From the human T2T-CHM13v2.0 reference genome, Homo sapiens: a stretch of 64,000 bases of DNA. The position numbers and the translations under genes were made by a program. The stretch lies in assembly GCF_009914755.1 (NCBI RefSeq), contig NC_060934.1, one strand, 5' to 3'. The notes beneath the pieces are model-generated. The model was not told the DNA's origin and did no database searches. It was given only the letters and a program-made list of their open reading frames with translations. Of the stretch, positions 50,483-61,400 are shown in pieces (the first letter of the stretch is position 1; each line of letters opens with the position of its first letter).

Positions 50483-51062
50483 TGTAACCAAGTACCCCCA
50501 TTTTTTCTAAGAGATAGTTTAATTATTCTTTCCTCTTTCTTTTTCTCTTTTCTCCTTTTCCACACTTCCTACTTCCTACTTAGCCCTTTAGAAATGCATA
50601 TATAGCCTTTTTTACCTCCTTTTATTAGACACTCCCTACAGGGCAAGTTCATCTAACTATGTGCTTGGGAGCTTCAGAAGGGAACTCACCCACCAAGAAG
50701 TTGCCTCAAGAGATAACAGTAGATTTACAACTCAAAGTATGCATGCCCACGAAGACACCAGCCATCACTAGCTTGACTGCATCTACCAAGCTAACACATG
50801 GGCCCCAAAACTGCTCACTTCCCCCACTCCTGCCTCCTTGGACTCCCCGATAGCCCGCCTACCACATGCCGTTCATGTTAGGCCTCCCTTACAAGTGTTC
50901 ACTTTCTTCTCCAAAAGCTAAATGGTACCCTTAGGCAGGAAGCTTATACTTATTCCCTTAAGCCAGCTTTAGAGTGAAAAAGCTACTTTCTTTATACCAG
51001 ACCTCACTCTTGTTAACTGGATTCTACAAGTGATGAGCAACTGGACCAGCATTTTAGTCACA
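50483..51062 (+). mobile_element. ERV1 solo LTR (LTR26/LTR36-like, family uncertain)
   Basis: TGTAACCAAGTACCCCC start, TTTAGTCACA end, flanks TTCT/TGCT (4-bp TSD, one mismatch). Confidence 0.68.
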
Positions 51063-51267
51063 TGCTCTCAGTTTTGCAGTTGAAATCAAACCCCCAGCAA
51101 GCTTTGCAATTCCAAGTTTACCCCTTTCCTATGATTCTGGCTAATGCTCTAAAACCTCCAGACCTTATGAAAAGTGAATTAATTTTCCCCATTTTCTGTT
51201 CTCTTCCTTTTTAAAAAGGAAAACGTTGAATATTGTTGCTAAATATAAAAGTAATGCATGCTAATTA

Positions 51268-52203
51268 TGACATCATAAGAAATGCATAGTTGGTCTCTGT
51301 CCCTGGTTCCTGACACAAGCTCCTGAACTGCAAGAAATAAATTTCTGTTGGTTATTTATACTTTCCTGTGTGATAGGGGTGATAGGTGCATCTTTTGTTA
51401 TAATATTTGGTCTCCGTCCTTCATTCCTAACACAAGAACTTCTAAGACCCTTGGAATCTCCAGAGTGATAAGTGTCTTTTCTCTACTAATGAGATGACTG
51501 CTGGCTGGGAGCCCATAGGGTCGCTTCGGGATAGGGGTGGGTCACCAGAAAGACCAAGGCCTGATGAGTGAATTAGGACTTTCAACCTCACCCCCAGCCT
51601 CCAGAGAGGGGAAAAGGGCTGGAGATTGACTTAATCATCAATGGCCAACGATTTAGTGATCATGCCTTCATCAATGAGGCCCCCAGAAAACCATCACATG
51701 ATGGAGTTCAAAAAGCTTTCAGGTTGGTGAGCTCACCGAGGAGCTGGGAGGGTGCTGTGCCTGGAGACAGCATGGAAGCTTCTCTTTACCCTACCCCCTA
51801 GTACCTTGTCCTATGTGTCTCTGCCATTTGTTCCTAAGTTGTATCTTGGTAATAAACTGGTAATAGGGAGTAATGTGTTTCCCTTAATCTGTGAGTCATT
51901 ACAGCAAATTATCAAACTAGAGGGGGGGAATGGGGGAACCTCTGATTTGCAGCCAAGATGGAGAGAAGTGTGGGTAACCTGGGGACCCACTACTTGTGAT
52001 TGGTGTCTGAAGTGGGGCAGTCTTGGGAGGGTAAGCTCTTTAATTTGGGGAGTCTGCCCAGACTCCAGGTAGATAGTGTCAGAAGTGGATTAAATTGTAG
52101 GACACCCAGCTGGTGTCCCCACAGAATTGGGGAATTTGGTGTCGATAACTACACATTTGGTATTAGAAGCATTGTGTGAATATGGAGGACTTTTGTTTTA
52201 ACA
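51268..52203 (+). mobile_element. MER21 (B/C-like) solo LTR
   Basis: GGTCTCTGTCCCTGGTTCCTGACAC, GGTCACCAGAAAGACCAAG, AATAAACTGGTAA, AATTGTAGGACACCCAGCTGGTGTC. Confidence 0.87.
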
Positions 52204-53877
52204 GGACAGTGTTAGGAAAAATTAAACCCAGTACGCCTCACCACCCAGAGGCACCTGTGTTAACAATCTCACTCCTGCCTTTTTCATACATCATATTGTA
52301 CATATCATCTCCTCAAGCGTGATTTTCAGTTGCTTCGTCACATCCCATGCATGGATGTAACCACGTTCTCCACATCTCCAACTTCCATAACTGTCATTCT
52401 CCATAGAAACAGAGTAAAACATGGAAATTAGTTTCAAAGGCTTTATTAATATATAGATTCTTAGTTGCAAAATGGAGACCATCTTGGGATCTTAACCTTC
52501 CTTTGATAATATTGTTCCAATTGAGTTCTATGTTACAGCATAACAAAAACTAATTTAGAAACCTAACTGCAGGTTAGAAACAGTTCCTACTTACTATAGA
52601 AGACTGTTTATCTATTTCAATCATGTGACCATTCTCAAAACAGGTTTAGGAATTGCCTCAGAAGCCCAAGGTAGCAGCCTGAATGGAAGAAAACCTTCTT
52701 GCAGGTAGATTTATTTAGCCTTTGGAATCAGCCGATTCAGAACCAAGACTGTGACTGAGTTGTGGAATGTTACTTGGGGACAAGGCTCTCAAGGAAGGGG
52801 GCTGTTTTCCTGTGTGGCCTGGAAACTGGTTCAAACAGCAGTTCTCAAAGAGAATTCCCCAGGACAGGGGCCAGAATATCCTCCGCCTCCCACTTCCAGG
52901 ACAATCGCCTAGTCGTCCTTCAAGCCTCAGTAAAAGGATCTCTTCCTCTAGGACGACTTTACTACTGACTCATCCAGATAATTCCTCCCTCCACTGGGCG
53001 CTTGTGGTACACTGTCCTTATTCCGCTACTGTCTTCATGTATTTCCACATTTCCAGCAGTCAGCATAGCAGCTCACCCAAGAAGGATGCCCATGCATTGT
53101 TGAAAGAAGGGATGGGGCCAGGAAGCTCAGCTAGGTGCTGTTACGTTCACGTAAAACTAGAATCAGCAAATTAGAAGTGGGTCATGGCCTTCTACAAATG
53201 AGTGTCTAAACAGCAGAGAAGCAAACTGAAAGAAAAAACAAGCAGCAAGAAAAGAGAGCATTTATCTAGAAAGGAAAAATCCAGAAACTAAACAAATACA
53301 GAGATCTGAGACCATTGTGTGTAGAGTCCAATAGTCCAATGGGCACACTAGTCATCTGGAAGCCACTGTCCTGGCAGAGGGTAGACCTGAGTGTTGCTGG
53401 TGACAAAGATAAATGGTCACCTTGGATCAAGATGAAGATGCAATTTAAACACAACCTAGTTTTTTTTTAAGTCTTCTGTAGTTTGAGGAGTCAATACAAT
53501 TATTCCTCCCTCTTTCCTAGCCTGTTCTCCAGCATTTAAAGATAGAAACAAAGAAAATTATGGAATACATCAGTCTAAAACTAAACCTACAGGCAGGAGC
53601 CAGATCCTTTGGAGAGCATGCAACAAGCAGATTTCCTTCAAGATAAAATGAAGTATTTCATGCTACAGGGTTTTTGGGTGGCCCTCCCACTGGGAGCTTC
53701 TGCTACAACAGAACCTGGCTTGTGCATTTAAAACCTAAAAGCAGGAGGATTTACATTTGCCACACAGCTTGCTTCCAACACTACTGAACACACTTCCAGA
53801 TGATGCAGGGAAAGCTCTTGAAGATTTAAAAAAAAAAAACATGTGATTACAAACTATTGTATAACTTTGAATTTTTA

Positions 53878-54237
<360 letters not shown>

Positions 54238-54254
54238 TCAAAGAAAGAGTCCAG

Positions 54255-54405
54255 GGCTGGGCATGGTGGCTTATGCCTGTAATCTTAGCACTTTGAAAGG
54301 GCAATGAAGAAGGATAACTTGAGGCCAGGAGGTTGAAGCTGCAGTGAGCCATGATTGCACCACTGCATTCCAGCCTGGGTGACAGAGTGAGACTCTGTTG
54401 AAAAG
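54255..54405 (+). mobile_element. Alu monomer (left-arm head fused to right-arm 3' half; J-type or FRAM-like)
   Basis: About 150 bp; 10-bp TSD AAGAGTCCAG (54245-54254, 54406-54415). Confidence 0.88.
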
Positions 54406-54994
54406 AAGAGTCCAGAACAGTTATGGCCAACAGATGTATATTCAGCAACCTCACTCACTCTAAGAAGTCCAGCTTCAGGGAGTATATTTACAGACCAGGT
54501 GGAGCAGGGCCTTGGACTGGTTAACACAGAGACTGGCTGTGCACAAAGGTCAATTGCTGATGGCAGAGTGAGTCTTCCAAAGATTAGATGCAAGCCATTT
54601 GGAAGTGTTGACACTATAAGCTTTAGTGTTGAGGACCCACGAGATGATGAGATTATTTTCTCTAAATCAGTGAATAACTATTCAAATGCTTTTTAATAGT
54701 GATACAAACTCCAAGTTAACAGGTTAATCTGAATTTTTTGCTGTTTTCCGTTGATCACCTTTTGAAGAAAGGACCTTTTCCCAAGTCTAAGAAGCTACCC
54801 ACAGGAAAGTAAATAATCACTAAAGAAATAGAAGATTGTCTTCAAGATTCAGGACTTTTTGGATTCCTGAAAATTCTATATCAAAACCTAACTGATGGGA
54901 AGACCAAAACCAGGTGTGTGACATTTATTTAATAAACTAGATTTGTCTGATTTATTCCAGAATGGCAGAGTTTCGGTGGGAGGCATCTATAGCA

Positions 54995-55205
54995 TCGGGT
55001 CTTAAAAAGTGGTCCCAGACTCCTGGAGGCTCCTGAGACTACACTGTGAGGTTTGCAAGATCAAAACTATTTTCATCACAATACTTAGATGTTATTTCCT
55101 TTTTTCTTTGGGGATACTTGAACAGATGGTGGAAAAGCAATGGTGGGTGAGATGGGTTGACCTTACCACAGTATCAAGGCATTGGCATCAAACTGCACAA
55201 CTTGT
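54995..55205. mobile_element. hAT-Charlie-type DNA transposon end fragment
   Basis: AAGTGGTCCCAGAC...GATCAAAACTATTTTCAT...GATGGTGGAAAAGCAATGGTGGGT...ATCAAGGCATTGGCATCAAACTG. Confidence 0.6.
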
Positions 55206-55244
55206 CACTGGGGACATCACCACCCCATACTTGGAGGAGTGTGG

Positions 55245-57468
55245 ATGATTTGTCTAGTGCTATCTGTGGAGTGTTGAAGTCCCCCACTATTATTATGTTA
55301 CTGTCTATCTCTTTTCTTAGGTCTAATGGTAATATTTTTATGAATCTGAGAGCTCAGATTTTATTATATGTAAAAATGCATATATATTTAGGATTGTTAT
55401 GTCTTCTGATTGAATTGGTCCTTTTATCATTATATAATGTCATTCCTTGTCTGTTTTTACTGTTGTTGCTTTAAAGCCTGTTTTATCTGATATAAGAATA
55501 GCTATTCCTGCTCATTTTGTTTTCCAATTGCACAAAATATCCTTTCCCACCCCTTTACCTTGAGTCTATATGAACCCTCACATGTTAGTTGTGTCTCTTG
55601 AAGACAGCAGATATTTGGTTTGTAATTTTTTATCCATTCTGCCAATCTGTATCTTTTAAGTGGAGAATCTAGGTCATTTATATTCAACATTAACATTGTG
55701 ATGTAGGTTACTGTTTCAGTCATTGTATTGATTGTTACCTAGTAACTTTTTTTTCTCCGTTGTGTTATTGTTTTATAAACCCTGTAAATTCTATGCTCTC
55801 AGGAGTTTCTGTTCTGTGTGTATCAACCTTTAGTTTCAAGATTTAGAACTCCTTTTCACATTTCTTTCAGGACTGGTTTAATATTAACAAATTCCCTCAG
55901 AATTTGCTTGTCTGAGAAAGATTTTATTTCTCCTTTATTTATGAAACTTAGCTTTGCTGGATACAAAATTCTTGACTGACAATTATTCTGTTTGGAGGAG
56001 ACTAAAGATGGGACTCCATTGCATTCTGTCATGTAATGTTTCTGCTGAGAAGTCTGCTGTTAGTCTGATAGGTTTTCGTTTGTAGGTTACCTGGTGCTTT
56101 TGTCTGACTGCTCTTAGAATTTTTTCCTCTACATTGACTTTAGATAGCCTGATGATTATATGCCTTGGTGATGTCCTTTTTGCAATGAGTCTCCCAGGAG
56201 TTCTTTGAGCTTCTTAGACATGTATTTGCATGTCTAAATCTCTAGAAAGGCTAGGGAAGTTTTCCTCAATTACTTACTCAAATAGGTTTTCCCTACTTGT
56301 TGCTTTTTCTTCTACCTCAGGGATGCCTATAATTCTTAGGTTTAGCTGTTTTCCCATATTTCTTGGAAACTTCGTTTATTTTTTTTAATTCTTTTTTTCC
56401 TTTATTTTTGTCTGATTAGGTTAATTTGAAAGCCTTGTCTTTGAGCTCTGAAATTCTTTCTTCTACTTGGTCTAGTCTATTGCTAAAACTTTCCACAGTA
56501 TTTGTAGTTCCCCAGATATGTCTTTCATTTCCAGAAGTTCTGATTGTTTTTTCTTTAAAATATGCCTCTCCTTAGAAAGTTTTTCACTCATGTCCTGAAT
56601 TGTTTTTAATATTTCTTTATGTTGGTTTTCACCTTTCTCTTGTCTCTCCTTTAGTAACTTAATAATTTACCTTTTGAATTCTTTATCTGGTATCTCAAAG
56701 ATTTCATCTTGACTTAGACTCACTGCTGGAGAGTTAGTGTAATCTTTTGTGGGTGTTTTTAGAACCTGTTTTTTCATATCACCAGAATTATCTTTCTGAT
56801 TTACTCTCATTTGGGTAGACTCTTTCTTCTTATGATTTTTAAATTAATTTTTATTTGACTGGTTTTAAAACATTTCCCCGTGAGGATGTGACTTTAATGT
56901 TTATAGTTCATTGTCACCTAGCTTCAGCTCTGCATACTTTCAGTGGCAAAGACTCTGAGTTCCTTGGTTATGGAGAATCTTTGTGTGATGGATTTCTCAG
57001 ATGCTGGATGTACTAAAAATGTGTTGTGTGTGTAAGCAGATTCACTGTCTCATGTGGGGCTGGAATGGCCGTGGTCTCATGAATATCTCATTTCCCAGTG
57101 ATGTGCACTTAAAAAGAAAAATTCCCCAGTATTTTATTCACTAGGTTGAACAGTTCAGGCTTCGGGCCAGTAGGAGGTGCCAATGGGTTAAAAAGAAAAT
57201 GGCTGCAGCTAAAGCAGGTGGGTAAAAGCGATATCCCAGTGGTGGGTGGAGGTCCCAGCTTTGACAGAGGTGACTGAGGAAGCTGTCAGTAAAATGCACT
57301 GAGTTCTTTTCAGGGGGAGGTGAGGGATCCACCACAGTTCTCCTTCCAGGCCAGAAGGAAAGTAATCCACCTCCCAGCCCACTCCTGACCTGGTATTCCA
57401 GCTGTTAGATCAGACAGGCAGCTCTTATTCATCAGGAATACTGATGTTTCATGTAGAAAGGGGTTGTG

Positions 57469-57534
<66 letters not shown>

Positions 57535-59412
57535 GCAAGCCTGAACCTGGAAGGGAATGCTGTGGGGATGCAGTCACCCTAGAGTGTTCCAGAAAGGGTG
57601 CCTACTAATGCACCCACACCAAGCTCCTATGGGAGAAGCCCCCGCTACCTCTGCAGTGGTGGTCAAGGGATGGAAGAAGTCCCCTTCTCCAAGACCATTC
57701 ACAAGTATCAGGGCTGCCTGACTACTTGGGTAGAGCAACAGACTTTCCCCACCGAACCGAGCACTGCACCTGTGCCTCTGCTGAAAGAAACTTCCCACCC
57801 GTGGAAAGTTCTAGCACTCAAGGCCTGCCTTCTGAATTCCTTTGTCTCATAGGGTCCTCCCTTAATGTGTGCATTCTCACTTCCCCTAGGAGTAGCAGCC
57901 CCTGAAGGCCAGACTACTGTGAATGCTGCTGCTCCTCTGGGTCTAGCCACCCAGTCGGGCTGCCACATTCCAGGCTGGTGCTAGGGATATCTACAAGGGA
58001 TCCAATGATGTAACTTGTCCAGTCTCCCAGCAGTGGCAGGGGAGAGACATAGACTGAGATTTTCTTGGTTGTAAATAGCCTTAGCATGTTGGCTTTCTCA
58101 AAGCCAACAATAGTAGTAACGTACTAGGTATATGGAAACGTACTTTCCATATGGAAAGACTCAACATCTGGTTAGCCAGGGTGATGCAGGCAATGTCAGT
58201 AGGCGAGGTTGCACAGAGGTTTTCTTCTTCCTGAGTAATGTGTTATTGTGCCTGCAGATGCTGCAATGGATGGTGGCAGCTGGCCACCAGCCAGGAGGTG
58301 GCACTCGCAAAAGATCACCAGCTGAGGTGGTAGTGATGGGGTTGGTGCTTGCCTCATGTTACCCAGGGGAGGTACTCTGGAGTCTCAGGCAATGGGCGGG
58401 GTCCTGGAGTTCCCAAACGTCCCTGTCCCTTGTGTTTACCAGGGCAAGTGAAGGGGCAAAGCGAGTCAGGCTAGATCAGGTAAGTCCACGCCCTGGCTCC
58501 CTACATGCAGGGGCAAGCAGTGTCCTCAGCGGGGGATTGGAGGGCAGTTCTCTGGCTGCTGGGATAATGTTCCAGAGATGAGTGTAGCTGCTGCTGCTGC
58601 ACAAAAGAATCCGCATGGGGAGTGAGGAGTAACAGGCGGCAGTCAGTCCCACTCAGCTCCCACGCACTTGGCAAGGAAGGCCTCACACCCGCAGGGTTCA
58701 GCCAACAGCAGCGAGCTGGGTTCCAGGCAGCCTGCTCTCAGAACTCAAAACCGCCCAGGCCATGAGTCTTCCTGATAGAGACAGAAACCTGGCTTTCATG
58801 CTTCGGCCCTCCAGGTCCACCCGGGAAGCAGGGGTGCCAGCTCCTGCACTCGTGGCCATAGCACACTTCCCAGTTGCCCCTGGGTTCAAGCCAATAGGGT
58901 TCGTCCCCTCTCGAGATTATGTGGCAAAACTCAGTTGGGAGCTTCTCTCACCCTGTGACCACCGCCTGAGTCGGCTGGCAGACTTCCACAAGGGCCCCTG
59001 TGGGATGGGATCAGGAATGGCTTCGCTCCATCACCGCTGGAGCCTGGGAGTGCCCACAGAGCCTGTCCCGATGCTGCTCCTCCCTCTGTTCTCCCCACCA
59101 CTCACTAACTCGGCTCCAGTGCTGGGCAGGGTCATGGGCTTCTGAGGGTTGCAGCTCCCCTGTGGGAGTGAGCGTCCTGGCAGCTGTGTCTCCCCTCACG
59201 CTCTAGAGACTCAAAGTCTTCCATCTGCTTCGCGGTATAGGCTGCTGCCCGCCACTTCTTTCAAAGGGACTGTGGTTTCTTTCCCTTTCTGTTAAGTTCC
59301 TGTGTTGCTCTTGGAGAAAAGTTCACAGTGTGACTCTCTATACACTATTTCGTCTTTCCAAGTGGGAGAGGCAGGCTAACTAACAATGCCTCCCATCTGC
59401 TAGCTTGGGGGA
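55245..59412 (-). mobile_element. Old L1 (L1M/L1MA-type) 5' half: 5'UTR, decayed ORF1 and ORF2 endonuclease start; 3' part absent
   Basis: 55502-55723 translates MTETVTYITMLMLNINDLDSPLKRYRLAEWIKNYKPNICCLQETQL (L1 endonuclease N-terminus); IIVGDFNTP-coding sequence near 55270-55295; ORF1-like sequence ~55790-56850; GC-richer UTR ending with CTCTCCCACTTGGAAAGAC on the minus strand. Confidence 0.88.
57471..57532. repeat. (TC)31 microsatellite inside the L1 5' region
   Basis: Perfect TC run. Confidence 0.97.
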
Positions 59413-61254
59413 AGAAAAAGGTTCATTGATCTTAAGACCAGAACCTATTTAGGAAGACAGGAAAGATACTGGTCAGCATGTAGTGTCCAGTGAAAATGGT
59501 TACATTTGTAGTCAAAAGGTCAATGTTTCCCAGTGTATATACCACAAGAGTCCTGCACACTGGGTTACTCAAAATGAGACGGGCCTGGGGCCAGCAGAGG
59601 GAGGCCAAGGTCTACTACTGGGAAGTGCACTTTGGACTTTGTGCAACCCTTTTATACACACGCAGGGCCGCTGCCATGCTATAGGTCCCAGGTGTGCCTC
59701 GAGGAGACGTTGGCGGGTAAATCTGCATCAGAATATCTGCTCAGCCTCTCCTTGGTTGTGGCATGGTGGGGACGCCACTTTGCCAACCTAAGCCTTAGTG
59801 GCTCATCTATCAGATGGGGTTAACTATAAAACAACACAGGATATTGCTGTGAGGATTCAACACAATCTCCTGTTTGCAGGGTTTGGGGCAGGCACACCCT
59901 GAGGCCTGGCACCTGTGGCTGTGGTCTCTGCTATTGCAACAGCCTTGAAGACTGGGACCCCTACTGGGACCCCCGCTCTCTTCTGGGGGACCCTGGAAGG
60001 CTCCACCATATCCCTACACTGAGTAAGAAAAGGAGAAGCTTCCCCCTGTGGGAACAGTGACTTACGGGAGCTGAACATGGTGCCGAAGTGGCGTGCCTCA
60101 AGAGAGCCAGAGGAGCAGGGCATTCCGAGGGCCAGGATGAAACTAAGGGCCAGGACGAAATGAAACACCTCTTTGCCGCTTGGCAGGAGGGGCGTGAGAA
60201 GCAGGAGGGGTGTTCTTTTTCACAGTGATTTTTGTAAAATGAATAGTCATAAAATATAATTCATTTCTTCCTCAATCTTCCCTTTTTACTAAACATTTAA
60301 ACATTTTGAAAATGAAACTTTCATGGTCTGAAACCTGTCACTAAAACAAATTCTTTTTTGCTTTTAAACTAGGACATTGTCTGAAATTCTAATCAGTGCT
60401 GTCATTATTTTTCAGGGTCTTTGGGCAGTGTGAGGACATATGTCAGCAAGCGCATAACAAACACAGAATTGGCGGCCCTAACAGCGGGGAAAATAGTACC
60501 TGTGTATCCACGGCGTCCTCACTGCTACCCCACATGGGGCATTCAGGTTTCACAGACATCCCTTATGCCTCAGGTCCTTCTCCAGTGCAGCCGTAGTAAA
60601 CCAGCGCCCTGGTCACCAGGAGTGCTTTGGGCCCTGGCCTTCTATTTGAAGGATCACAAAGTCCCCCTCTGGGTAGGTGTGGAGGGTCATGCAAAGGAGA
60701 CCCCACCATCCCCTGCTGGGGTCAGCACCCAAGCTCACCTGAGGATTCATGTGAAACACATTGGATGCCTTTGCCTGGGCCCACTGCCTCTTTCCCTTCT
60801 GAATAAAGAAGACCCACCATGAGACTCACAAGCGGGGTGAGGTGAGGCCTTACCTCCTCTGGGGCACACCAGGAATGCCACACTTCCCCTCTGGGACAGA
60901 GCTCCGGGACCAGGGGCCACCCTTCCTTCCCTTCCTGACTCCACCCAAGCACCTCTCCTCGGCCTGATACACAGAAACTGTCCAACGAATCCAACACAGA
61001 AAGAAAGGACTTGGAGACCTGTTTCCATTCAGCTCTGCCACTTGTCAGGTTGAGTTCCTGGGCAGGTCTACTAACGCCTCTGGGCTGAAGTGTTTTGTTT
61101 ATTACTGTTTGTTTACAGGACAGCAGAATGAGTGTGGCCTGCAGTGGCTAAGGGTGGTGACATTATTCCCACTCACAGTTTCTACTGTGTTCTAGGGACT
61201 TATGGGTCTGTGACAGAGGAGGCCACCCTGAGCCGTCAAGGGCACAGAGCTCCT

Positions 61255-61400
61255 TATTATGGCTCACTCACAACAGCCCTGCAAGCTAAACCAGCTCTTG
61301 TGATCCCATTTCACAGATGATTAGAATGAGGCTGACTGAGATGAAGTCACTTCTCTGAGTCGTAAGTAGCAGATCCCAGGCGGCGTGACTCCAGAACTTC
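61255..61400 (-). mobile_element. MIR fragment
   Basis: CTCACAACAGCCCTGCAAG...ATCCCATTTCACAGATGA...GAGGCTGA...GAAGTCACTT. Confidence 0.6.

Noticed and set aside
58132-59206. ORFs of 127-149 aa and raised CpG content suggesting a gene or CpG island
   Set aside because: Lie within the old L1 5'UTR; CpG density looks too low for an island
60400-61160. Pyrimidine-tract/AG acceptor-like sites (TTATTTTTTCAG at ~60416, TTTGTTTACAG at ~61118)
   Set aside because: No convincing paired donors or reading frame; lncRNA exons cannot be called without transcript data
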